Assembly: GCA_902551755.1 (NCBI GenBank)
Contig: CACDEB010000001.1
Coordinates: 121,803-185,802, forward strand
Source of the DNA: an uncultured Pelagibacteraceae bacterium
GTDB lineage: Bacteria > Pseudomonadota > Alphaproteobacteria > Pelagibacterales > Pelagibacteraceae
DNA length: 64,000 nt
Direction of reading: 5' to 3'
Shown here: positions 1 through 8,288 of the stretch, one piece after another
Layout of the letters: every line of letters starts with the position of its first letter
Numbering within the stretch: the stretch's first letter is position 1
Translations under genes and position numbers: made by a program
The notes under the pieces: generated by a model
Told to the model about the DNA's origin: nothing
The model's database searches: none
Seen by the model: the letters and a program-made list of their open reading frames with translations, nothing else

Positions 1-464
1 GATGATCCAAGAATAGACTGAAAACATGTATTTCCCTCTATGTTAGTAATTTTAAACTTGTTTCCATTTTCAGGTAAAAAGCCACCGTTAAAAGTCAAAT
101 TATTGTTTTTATCATAAGTAGTTGGTCCAACTACACCACAATTTAAATTATTTTGATGTACTTCATATAAACTGAATATATTTCTCTCGTTAATTATACA
201 ATCTGCATTTAGTATTAATAAATATTCAGTATCTACAAAGCTTGCAATTTTATTATGTCCTTTGCTATACCCTATATTTTTCTTTTCTAAAATATATTTA
301 TGAATTTTATATTTCTTTGTTAATTCATTCTTTAATTTATAATTATTTGCATTATCTAAGATAATAACTTTAAATTTTTTTAGATTATTTAAACACTTTG
401 AAATTGTCTCCAAAGTTTCTTCATATATAACAATTTGAATTGTAATTTTTTCAAAATGTTTCAT
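1..464 (-). CDS. Glycosyltransferase family 2 protein (partial, runs off the left edge of the window)
   Basis: Not in the ORF track; translated by hand from ATG at 464: MKHFEKITIQIVIYEE...VIILDNA...KNIGYSKGHN...EYLLILNADC, the typical GT2 N-terminal pattern. Confidence 0.8.
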   Translation of the reverse strand, partial: MKHFEKITIQIVIYEETLETISKCLNNLKKFKVIILDNANNYKLKNELTKKYKIHKYILEKKNIGYSKGHNKIASFVDTEYLLILNADCIINERNIFSLYEVHQNNLNCGVVGPTTYDKNNNLTFNGGFLPENGNKFKITNIEGNTCFQSILGS

Positions 465-495
465 AATTCAATATAAGTATTATATATTAGAAATT

Positions 496-1206
496 ATGTT
501 TGAATATATTAATATAAAACTTGCTAAAACTAAGGGCAGTAAAAAACTAAGAAAATTGATACGAAAATTAAAAAATTTTTTTGGTGAAAAAGACCCTGGT
601 GCTCTTGACTTTAAGTTTTCAACAAAACCATCAAGATTATTTATAGTTCAGTCATTTATAAATAAAAAAAAATTTAATTCTTATTTAGAAATAGGCACTT
701 TTGATAATGAATTATTTGATCATATTAAATGTAAGAATAAAGTAGGTGTTGACCCATTTTCAGGTGGCACACATCGTATGACAAGCGATGAGTTTTTTTT
801 ACAAAATAGAGACAAATTTGATTGTATTTTTATTGATGGATTGCATCATTACGACCAAGTTAAAAGAGATATTAATAATTCACTAAAATTTATTAATGAT
901 CAAGGAATAGTCCTTGTTCATGATTGCTTACCTGAGAATATTGAGGCTCAATCAGTCCCCAGAACGATCACAAATTGGAATGGAGATGTCTGGAAGGCAT
1001 TTGCAGAGATTAGGGCTAACCCCAATTTAGATAGTTATACTTGTCTTGCAGATCATGGTATTGGAGTAATTTTTAAAAGTAGTAATAAGAAACCCTTTAA
1101 TTTTAAAATAAAAAATTTTAAAAAATTAAAGTTTTTAGATTATTACAAGAATCATTATGAAATGATGAATATAATTGAATATGAAGATCTAATTAAAATT
1201 ATTTAG
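496..1206 (+). CDS. Class I SAM-dependent methyltransferase (Methyltransf_24-like)
   Basis: YLEIG motif I, VGVDP, FDCIFIDGLHHYDQV and VLVHDC motifs. Confidence 0.8.
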   Translation: MFEYINIKLAKTKGSKKLRKLIRKLKNFFGEKDPGALDFKFSTKPSRLFIVQSFINKKKFNSYLEIGTFDNELFDHIKCKNKVGVDPFSGGTHRMTSDEFFLQNRDKFDCIFIDGLHHYDQVKRDINNSLKFINDQGIVLVHDCLPENIEAQSVPRTITNWNGDVWKAFAEIRANPNLDSYTCLADHGIGVIFKSSNKKPFNFKIKNFKKLKFLDYYKNHYEMMNIIEYEDLIKII

Positions 1207-1223
1207 AAATATTAATTAAAAAA

Positions 1224-1305
1224 TGGCGGAGAGAGTGGGATTCGAACCCACGAAAGAGTTTCCCCTAAACACGCTTTCCAAGCGTGCGCCTTAAACCGCT
1301 CGGCC
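1224..1305 (-). pseudogene. 5'-truncated copy of tRNA-Ser(GGA), acting as the distal att direct repeat
   Basis: 82 bp identical to 2826..2907 except one mismatch (1298 G vs 2900 A). The 5' acceptor strand GGAGAGAT is replaced by unrelated sequence, so the acceptor stem cannot form. Confidence 0.92.
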
Positions 1306-1361
1306 TACTTATATTGATTATACTTACTTATTTTTTTTGAACTTTGAGATTTTAAAACTGG

Positions 1362-1381
1362 TGACGACCAACTGACGACCA
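1362..1381 (+). repeat. Tandem TGACGACCA x2 (11-bp period), left candidate integrase arm site
   Basis: TGACGACCA at 1362-1370 and 1373-1381. Confidence 0.8.
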
Positions 1382-1386
1382 CTAGA

Positions 1387-1725
1387 TTATGACAGTAAAA
1401 CTTTAAGTACTTCTAAAACAGTATAAATCCCCCCAAGGACAATTAATATTTGGGCAGCTATTCCCCATCCTGAATTCTGTTTTTTTCTTTGTTTTTCTTT
1501 AACGTAAATTGTAGCGCTTTTAAATCCACCGATTAATAAAAAAGCATTGGCACCAATTAGGAAAAGCCAATAGACTATAAAAAAAAATGCTGCGCCACTT
1601 GAAACGTTTCCAGTAACAAAAACAAAAGGAATTGATAACACAATAGGTATAAGTATACATCCGATCCAGTAGCTTTGAACTAACGGATACTTTCCTTCCC
1701 AATATTTTTTAAGTTCTTTTTCCAT
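1387..1725 (-). CDS. Hypothetical membrane protein (about 3 TM), element cargo
   Basis: 112-aa ORF with three hydrophobic stretches; fits in tandem with its neighbours. Confidence 0.75.
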   Translation of the reverse strand: MEKELKKYWEGKYPLVQSYWIGCILIPIVLSIPFVFVTGNVSSGAAFFFIVYWLFLIGANAFLLIGGFKSATIYVKEKQRKKQNSGWGIAAQILIVLGGIYTVLEVLKVLLS

Positions 1726-1736
1726 AATTAAATATA

Positions 1737-2153
1737 CTAATTTCCTAAAATTTTATCCAGAAATTTCTGGGGACCACTTTTTTTCTTAGGTTGAATTGGA
1801 GTGATTGTTCTGTAGACCTTAAAACTTAAATCAACATTCGCACACTTTTTTCCTGAAGGTAATTTTGCGGTAATAACCATACTTCTATCTTCATATGACC
1901 TTACTTGTTTATTAATTCTATAAATCCTATACGGCTCTTCAGTGCTTGTATTAGTTGATGCACAAGGTTTATCCCAAATATTAATCTTTTCAACTATTAT
2001 AGTTTTTGATGGATGTTTATTATATGCATTAATTGTAACAGTGTCATAAGTTCGATCAACTTTCCAGGAATAATCAAAGAAATCATAAACATTCTCAGCA
2101 TTTGCATGAGAAGATACAATGATAAATAATATGTAAATTAAAATTTTTTTCAC
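1737..2153 (-). CDS. Hypothetical exported protein, element cargo
   Basis: 138 aa; MKKILIYILFIIVSSHANA looks like a signal peptide with an AxA cleavage site; two Cys; basic amphipathic C-terminus. Confidence 0.75.
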   Translation of the reverse strand: MKKILIYILFIIVSSHANAENVYDFFDYSWKVDRTYDTVTINAYNKHPSKTIIVEKINIWDKPCASTNTSTEEPYRIYRINKQVRSYEDRSMVITAKLPSGKKCANVDLSFKVYRTITPIQPKKKSGPQKFLDKILGN

Positions 2154-2162
2154 AACTCACAT

Positions 2163-2756
2163 TTAATAGTTAATAGATTTTACCATTTTTCTTCCCATTG
2201 TTTGCATCGTATTACAATTTTGATTTGTATCGCATCCAATGGTCAACGTTGCTAATCCTGATTTAACTTGAAATTGATATTGTATTAAATAATTCTTAGC
2301 TCCATCATGAATTAAAAAAATTACTGGATTAAACTTTGGTGAAAACTCGCTTGTTTGTTTACACTCATACTGTTTAATATTTTTGTTAAAAAGTCTTGAA
2401 TACTCTTTTTGGTATATTTTACACATTTCCTTCAAACCTACTATAAAAATATCGTTTACATCTCCTTCTTGAATATTAATGTTAATTGCATTTTTTACTG
2501 GATCCAAATCACTAGGAAAAAAGTATTCAACATTCATATTTTTCTTAGAAACACCTGCCATAATATCGTTGAATGCATCCATATCAATATCTTTACCCTC
2601 ATAATCTTTCAAAAGCTCCTCTATATTCAAATTTTGAACTGCTGTAAGGCCATCTGGTACATCTATATAAAAACCAAATCTTGATCTAATTTCTTTTGAA
2701 AAAGAGCTAGTTATTAAGTTGCAAAATAGTAAAAGGATAATTAAAATTTTTTTCAT
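2163..2756 (-). CDS. Hypothetical exported protein, element cargo
   Basis: ORF track gives 2163..2771, but the likely start is ATG at 2756 (MKKILIILLLF..., signal-peptide-like); the upstream extension runs into the repeat pair. Confidence 0.75.
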   Translation of the reverse strand: MKKILIILLLFCNLITSSFSKEIRSRFGFYIDVPDGLTAVQNLNIEELLKDYEGKDIDMDAFNDIMAGVSKKNMNVEYFFPSDLDPVKNAININIQEGDVNDIFIVGLKEMCKIYQKEYSRLFNKNIKQYECKQTSEFSPKFNPVIFLIHDGAKNYLIQYQFQVKSGLATLTIGCDTNQNCNTMQTMGRKMVKSINY

Positions 2757-2761
2757 TGTAT

Positions 2762-2781
2762 TGACGCCCATATGACGACCA
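2762..2781 (+). repeat. Tandem TGACGCCCA / TGACGACCA (11-bp period), right candidate integrase arm site
   Basis: TGACGCCCA at 2762-2770 and TGACGACCA at 2773-2781; same orientation and spacing as the left pair. Confidence 0.8.
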
Positions 2782-2825
2782 AATTATCTTAACCTGATTT
2801 TGACAATTGTAAAAGAGTAAATAAA

Positions 2826-2915
2826 TGGCGGAGAGAGTGGGATTCGAACCCACGAAAGAGTTTCCCCTAAACACGCTTTCCAAGCGTGCGCCTTAAACCA
2901 CTCGGCCATCTCTCC
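2826..2915 (-). tRNA. tRNA-Ser(GGA)
   Basis: GGAGAGA/TCTCTCC acceptor stem, CACGC-TTGGAAA-GCGTG anticodon arm, long variable arm, GGTTCGAATCC T-arm, encoded CCA. Confidence 0.97.
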
Positions 2916-2919
2916 AAAG

Positions 2920-3780
2920 TTATTTAATTAATCTTTTTAAATTTTTTCTTTGCCTGTTTATAAACCTTTTAAAAATATTATATCTTTTATCTCTACGAGC
3001 ATGAATAGGAAAATTTTTCAAATGTTGCCATGTTCTCCTATTTTGCTTCTCTGCCCATTCACATTCTGCTGAGGAAATTGAAAAAATGTTTTTTTTTTTA
3101 CAAATCAAAGAAAATACACTTTGATCGTGTCGGTGTTCAATAAATTTTTCATGATTCATAGAAAAAGATTTACTATCATCTATTAAACTGTCTTTTTTTA
3201 ATACTCTTTCCCAATCATGAATTAAACTTAATGAAAAATTACTTTTCTTTAAAAAAATAATACCTGACATTATTTGTTCTGAATTAATTATTTTAGATCT
3301 TTCTTTTTGAATTAAATAGTCGAATAAATCCATTTTAGTATACTCACATTCTAAATATTTTTGAAATTTTATGTTTTTTAATAAAGTAAATTTTTTTGTA
3401 ACAGGTAATTTATATTGAAAAGTAAGAACTTTTTTTTGGTTACACAATATTATATACTCTTTCAACCTTTTTAAGCCACCTATATTTAAATGGCAGCCAA
3501 CATCTGAATATTGCACAATAGAATTTTTTGGGACCTTTTTCAAAAATTTTTTTATCACCTCAGCTTTCCAGCACCCATATCCGTAAAGTCTTTTACCTTT
3601 ATATTTAAGAAAGTTTTGAATTTGCTTCCTTTTAGATTTTGATAGATCATCTATTCCAAAAACTTGAATTTTTTTATAAATATTTATCTTTTTTGCTTGT
3701 TCTATAAATCTTTGTTTACTTCTTTTAAGATCAGGACTTGCAAATGAACAAAGATATATATTATTAATTTTTGTTTTCAT
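2920..3780 (-). CDS. Putative glycosyltransferase-like protein (HRHDQS motif)
   Basis: YSDVGC and EHRHDQS motifs; context among glycan genes. Start placed at ATG 3780 (MKTKINN); the 3912 start overlaps the upstream gene extensively. Confidence 0.6.
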   Translation of the reverse strand: MKTKINNIYLCSFASPDLKRSKQRFIEQAKKINIYKKIQVFGIDDLSKSKRKQIQNFLKYKGKRLYGYGCWKAEVIKKFLKKVPKNSIVQYSDVGCHLNIGGLKRLKEYIILCNQKKVLTFQYKLPVTKKFTLLKNIKFQKYLECEYTKMDLFDYLIQKERSKIINSEQIMSGIIFLKKSNFSLSLIHDWERVLKKDSLIDDSKSFSMNHEKFIEHRHDQSVFSLICKKKNIFSISSAECEWAEKQNRRTWQHLKNFPIHARRDKRYNIFKRFINRQRKNLKRLIK

Positions 3781-4558
3781 AAAAAATCCAGGGCCATTCG
3801 TTATAACTAGTATATTTTCTGAACCAAAATGGCATGTATCTTTCAGCAAGAAAAGCATATAATCTAGTTTGGTCATAACCTTTAAGATTTTTAAAACCAA
3901 AAACTTTTTCACATTTAAATAACCACTCGAACTGATCTTTAAAAAAATTGTTAAGAATTTTTTTCTTTGAAATAAACATTATGTGTGGATTGTATGTTGT
4001 ATTTTTTTCTACAAATTCTGTAAAATCAGCTTTGTCCTTCTCATTCATAACGCTTATTGCTTTTTCTAATACTCCATATCCATGGTGAAGATCGAACTGG
4101 ATTTTTATTGTTATACGACTATGATCGATAAGTAATATTGGCTCTTTAATAATATTTCTCCAGCCTCTTTTTAAGAGTTTTGATAATTTTGTTCCAAGAG
4201 GAATAGGTTCACAAAGCACTGCATTATACTTTTCCCACTCCTTTGGTACACACTTTAATATTATTTTTGTAATGTCATCAGTTTCTGTTGTGCTTCTCGA
4301 ATTCAACCAAAATCTTCTTTTTTGGCAAAATCCTATCCAATCATGATCATTGTAATGTTGTAATTGATTCTTCCAAAACCAGTAATGAAAAGTTAGTTCA
4401 GAATAATTTTCCTCTTTATGGAATATATTATCCATATTATCACATCTTAAATACTTATCTGAAAACTTTTTTTTACCTACTGCTGCTAATTTATAGTTAC
4501 TTTTCTCTAAAAAGGGTACGTCCTTATCAGTAACGCAATAAATATCTAAATTTGACAT
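3764..4558 (-). CDS. DUF4422-family putative glycosyltransferase
   Basis: DNIFHKEENYSELTFHYWFWKN, IGFCQKRRFW and AFLAER motifs typical of DUF4422 proteins. Confidence 0.75.
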   Translation of the reverse strand: MSNLDIYCVTDKDVPFLEKSNYKLAAVGKKKFSDKYLRCDNMDNIFHKEENYSELTFHYWFWKNQLQHYNDHDWIGFCQKRRFWLNSRSTTETDDITKIILKCVPKEWEKYNAVLCEPIPLGTKLSKLLKRGWRNIIKEPILLIDHSRITIKIQFDLHHGYGVLEKAISVMNEKDKADFTEFVEKNTTYNPHIMFISKKKILNNFFKDQFEWLFKCEKVFGFKNLKGYDQTRLYAFLAERYMPFWFRKYTSYNEWPWIFYENKN

Positions 4559-4591
4559 GAAATTAATCTTAATTAATTTATAAATTAAATC

Positions 4592-5668
4592 ATGGTTTTT
4601 TATAGAAAAAAATTACAATTAATCTATAAATTTTTTATTTCTCAATTATTTAAGGTTATCTATGGAAAAGTCATTTTTTCCAATAAAAACGATAAAGATG
4701 TTAAATTTATTGAGATAAGCAAAGATAATCAAAAGTACAAGTTTGCTGAAATAGACAATGGCAGAATATTTACAGATTATGTGGAGAACGTAGCAATAAT
4801 TAATAAAAATCAAATTTTAGATTATGTGTCCTATCAACAAGTTGAAGGTGAGTTAAAAGAGCCATTTTTAAATGTTGTAGTTAAAAAAGGGACTCCGAAA
4901 TTCAAAAAAAGATTCAAAGGAAAAGTGTTTTCGTTAATTCAGGGTGCTAGTGGAAATAATAATTACTTCCACTGGATGTTTGACGTTCTTCCAAAACTGA
5001 TAATATTAGAAAAAGTTTACAAACTGAATGAAATTGATTATTTTTACTCTCCACAAATAAAACCATGGCAACTATCTTCTCTTTCTATTTTTGATATTTC
5101 TGAAGAAAGATTAATAAATAGTAATCATTTTAGACACATTCATGCCGATAAAATACTAGCAGTTTCACACCCTTGGTATAATAAAGGCAGAATTCTGGAT
5201 GAAGCCAAAACATTACCAACTTGGATAATAAATGAAATAGGATTAAAATTTGAAAAGTATGGAAAAAAATTCGAATGTAACGATAAAATTTTTATTGATA
5301 GAAGAGAGTCACACTTTAATCATTGTCAAATTATAAATGATGAGGAAATAAAGACTCATTTAAAAAAAAAAGGTTTTACGATATACAGGGTTGGTGAACT
5401 AAATTTTTTTGAGCAAATATACCTTTTTCAAAATGCTAAGATAATTATTGGTGCTCATGGGGCAGCGTTTGCAAACTTAATTTTTTGTAAACCAAATACT
5501 AAGGTTTTGGATATAATTCCAGAAAATCATCCCAATTCAGTTGACGAGACAATTGCAAAGTTTAAAAATTTAGATTTTAAATTTGTAAAAACCAAAGAAT
5601 TATCAATTGAAAAAAAAACTAATGGGGATATATTTTTACCAATAAAAGTAATTGACAGTTTTTTGTGA
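4592..5668 (+). CDS. Glycosyltransferase family 61 (DUF563) protein
   Basis: NYFHWMFDVLP, FIDR and QIYLFQNAKIIIGAHGAAFANLIF motifs. Confidence 0.85.
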   Translation: MVFYRKKLQLIYKFFISQLFKVIYGKVIFSNKNDKDVKFIEISKDNQKYKFAEIDNGRIFTDYVENVAIINKNQILDYVSYQQVEGELKEPFLNVVVKKGTPKFKKRFKGKVFSLIQGASGNNNYFHWMFDVLPKLIILEKVYKLNEIDYFYSPQIKPWQLSSLSIFDISEERLINSNHFRHIHADKILAVSHPWYNKGRILDEAKTLPTWIINEIGLKFEKYGKKFECNDKIFIDRRESHFNHCQIINDEEIKTHLKKKGFTIYRVGELNFFEQIYLFQNAKIIIGAHGAAFANLIFCKPNTKVLDIIPENHPNSVDETIAKFKNLDFKFVKTKELSIEKKTNGDIFLPIKVIDSFL

Positions 5669-6478
5669 CTAATCAATCCACTCTTTATAATTAGAAAGAT
5701 TATCTATAAGGTATTTGGGAAAAGAATTATCAATAGAAATTTTTTTATAATTATGATTTCTTCCAATAATATCTTTTTTTTCAGAAATCATCTTATTAAT
5801 TGAATCTAAAGATAGATATTTTTCGTCAATTTTTTCATTAAAATTTATTGGATCATTTGTTTCACACAAGTTTTTGTATTTATATAACAATTGCTCAGGT
5901 TTTTTTAAATTGCAAAAGTGCCAACCACCTTTATCAATTATATTATTTAATCTTAATTTATCTAATCTCCAAAAAGGTCTTCTTTTAAATTTAAGGTCCC
6001 TCAACCACTGAGGAGATTTTAAATATCTTTTTACACAAATTCTACTACCAAACCAAAATGGTTCATTTTCACTTTGAAGATTAAACTTATAATAAAAATG
6101 ATTTTGTTTAAAAACAGCATATCTCATTTTTTTACTAAATTTTTTAAATTGATTAGGATTTGGTATTTCATCCAAGTCTGAGACAATAATAAAATCATCA
6201 TCTTTACACTTTTCTAAACCTCTCATAATAGAATTTCTCTGGAAGTTCTCTCTTAAATAAGGATTAACACCGCCTGGCATATCTGTAACTGGTACGTAAA
6301 TAATTTTATCCTTAAATTTACTAAAATTATTAATATCAAATTTTAGATTTTTTGAATTATTTTGCCATGTTTTATTACCTTCTACGATAACAAAATAATC
6401 AACATGATTATCTAAAATATTTAATCTTAAATCTAATAATAAGTCTTCGTCCCAATAGGAAAAACAATCATAAATCAT
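5669..6478 (-). CDS. GT17-like beta-1,4-N-acetylglucosaminyltransferase family protein
   Basis: MIYDCFSYWDE, VDYFVIVE, RENFQRN, IIVSDLDEIP and GGWHF motifs. Confidence 0.8.
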   Translation of the reverse strand: MIYDCFSYWDEDLLLDLRLNILDNHVDYFVIVEGNKTWQNNSKNLKFDINNFSKFKDKIIYVPVTDMPGGVNPYLRENFQRNSIMRGLEKCKDDDFIIVSDLDEIPNPNQFKKFSKKMRYAVFKQNHFYYKFNLQSENEPFWFGSRICVKRYLKSPQWLRDLKFKRRPFWRLDKLRLNNIIDKGGWHFCNLKKPEQLLYKYKNLCETNDPINFNEKIDEKYLSLDSINKMISEKKDIIGRNHNYKKISIDNSFPKYLIDNLSNYKEWID

Positions 6479-6479
6479 T

Positions 6480-8288
6480 TTATTTTTCTTTATTAATTTT
6501 CAATACTCCTATGAAAGCTTCCTGTGGTATTTCTACTCTACCAAACTGTTTAGATCTTGCTTTACCTTTCTTTTGTTTATCCAAAAGCTTTCTTTTTCTA
6601 TCTCTTGCACCACCACCATGTATTTTCGTAAGAACATCTTTTTTAAAGCCTTTAATTGTTTCTCTAGCTATAATTTTACCCCCAATTGCTGCCTGGACAG
6701 GAATCATAAAGTTATGGCGAGGTATCAAGTCTTTTAATTTTTCACAGACTTCTCGACCAATAGTTTGAGCAAAGTCTTTATGTACCATCATTGCAAGAGC
6801 ATCAACCGGTTCAGAATTAACTAATATTCCCAATTTAACTAAATCGCCTTCTTTATGACCCATTATTTCGTAGTCAAAACTTGCATATCCACTTGTCATT
6901 GATTTAAGCCTATCGTTGAAATCAAAAACAACCTCATTTAGAGGGATCTCATAATTTAATACAGCCCTACTTCCTGAATAATTTAAATTTTTCTGTATAC
7001 CTCTTTTATTTTGACAGAGTTTCATAATAGATCCTAAATATTGGTCAGGAGTAATTATTGTAGCTTTAATCCATGGCTCTTCTATAAATTTGATTAAAGT
7101 TGGATCAGGTAAATTTGAGGGATTTTGCAAGTCTAGGATATTCCCGTTATTTAAATGGACTTTGTAAACAACTCCTGGGGTAGTAGTAAGCAAATTAATA
7201 TCAAATTCTCTTTCAAGTCTCTCAGTTATTATTTCAAGATGAAGTAAACCTAAAAAACCACAACGAAATCCAAGCCCCAGTGCTGAAGAGGACTCCGCTT
7301 CGTAAGAAAAGCTCGAGTCGTTTAACTGTAATTTAGCCAAACCATCTTTTAATTTTTGATACTCTGAACTATCAACTGGAAATAAGCCACAAAAAACCAC
7401 TGGTTTACTTGGTTTGAAACCAGGTAAAGCTTTTTTAAGAGGACTTTGAGCTTCACAAATAGTATCGCCGACTTTTGTATCAGATAAATTTTTTATTCCT
7501 GTAATAATAAATCCTATTTCACCAGATTTAAGTTCTTCAATGTCTTTGGCCTTTGGTGTAAATACACCTACTTTTTCTACTATATATTCTTGATCTGTAG
7601 ACATCATCTTTATTTTCATGTTTTTTTTCAATGTTCCATCTATCACCCTGACTAAAATAATAACTCCTAAGTAAGAGTCATACCAACTGTCAACAAGCAA
7701 GCATTTTAATTGTTCTTTAGTCTCACCTTTTGGTGGTGGTAGTGATGAGACAATCGACTCTAAAATATCTTCTATACCTTCGCCTGTTTTTCCTGAGCAA
7801 GGCACAGCATTAGATGTATCTATACCAATAACATCTTCTATTTGTTTTTTTGTTCTATCTAAATCAGAGGCTGGTAGATCAATTTTATTTAATACAGGTA
7901 TTATTTCATGATTTATATCTAACGCCTGGTAAACATTGGCAAGTGTTTGGGCTTCAACACCTTGAGTGCTGTCTACAATTAATATAGATCCTTCACAGGC
8001 ATAAAGTGATCGACTAACCTCATAACTAAAGTCTACATGACCTGGTGTATCAATAATATTTAGAATGTATTCTTTGCCATCTTTTGCTTTGTAATTCAGC
8101 TTTACTGTTTGTGCCTTAATTGTAATTCCTCGCTCTCTTTCGATATCCATGGAGTCTAATACTTGATCCTTCATTTCTCTTTCTGTCAAACCTCCACACT
8201 TATGTATTATTCTATCCGCAATTGTTGATTTACCGTGATCGATATGAGCGATGATGGCAAAATTTCTTATGTTATTAAGATTAGACAT
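6480..8288 (-). CDS. lepA: Elongation factor 4
   Basis: [24 protein letters not shown] and C-terminal [13 protein letters not shown]. Confidence 0.99.
   Translation of the reverse strand: MSNLNNIRNFAIIAHIDHGKSTIADRIIHKCGGLTEREMKDQVLDSMDIERERGITIKAQTVKLNYKAKDGKEYILNIIDTPGHVDFSYEVSRSLYACEGSILIVDSTQGVEAQTLANVYQALDINHEIIPVLNKIDLPASDLDRTKKQIEDVIGIDTSNAVPCSGKTGEGIEDILESIVSSLPPPKGETKEQLKCLLVDSWYDSYLGVIILVRVIDGTLKKNMKIKMMSTDQEYIVEKVGVFTPKAKDIEELKSGEIGFIITGIKNLSDTKVGDTICEAQSPLKKALPGFKPSKPVVFCGLFPVDSSEYQKLKDGLAKLQLNDSSFSYEAESSSALGLGFRCGFLGLLHLEIITERLEREFDINLLTTTPGVVYKVHLNNGNILDLQNPSNLPDPTLIKFIEEPWIKATIITPDQYLGSIMKLCQNKRGIQKNLNYSGSRAVLNYEIPLNEVVFDFNDRLKSMTSGYASFDYEIMGHKEGDLVKLGILVNSEPVDALAMMVHKDFAQTIGREVCEKLKDLIPRHNFMIPVQAAIGGKIIARETIKGFKKDVLTKIHGGGARDRKRKLLDKQKKGKARSKQFGRVEIPQEAFIGVLKINKEK

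Larger units (their letters stand above)
1224..2907. mobile_element. Integrase-less integrative element (1602-bp unit) inserted at tRNA-Ser(GGA)
   Basis: Intact tRNA on the promoter side and a duplicated tRNA fragment on the distal side; paired TGACG(A/C)CCA repeats just inside both ends; three co-oriented ORFan cargo genes; no recombinase ORF. Confidence 0.8.

Noticed and set aside
1224-1305. Second functional tRNA-Ser gene
   Set aside because: The 5' acceptor strand is missing, so the acceptor stem cannot pair; treated as an att remnant.
1362-2781. CRISPR array or integron attC sites
   Set aside because: The repeats are only 9 bp, in two pairs, with no spacers, cas genes, attC-style palindromes or integron integrase.
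3089-3099. Homopolymer tract in a glycosyltransferase as a phase-variation switch
   Set aside because: Equal or longer A/T runs occur in housekeeping genes (e.g. T13 in the thiolase at about 30163-30175); expected in this AT-rich, Lys-rich genome.
2920-3912. Long N-terminal extensions in the ORF track (3912, 2771, 12363, 31314 and 50188 starts)
   Set aside because: They overlap neighbouring genes or motifs; downstream ATGs give typical N-termini and standard overlaps.
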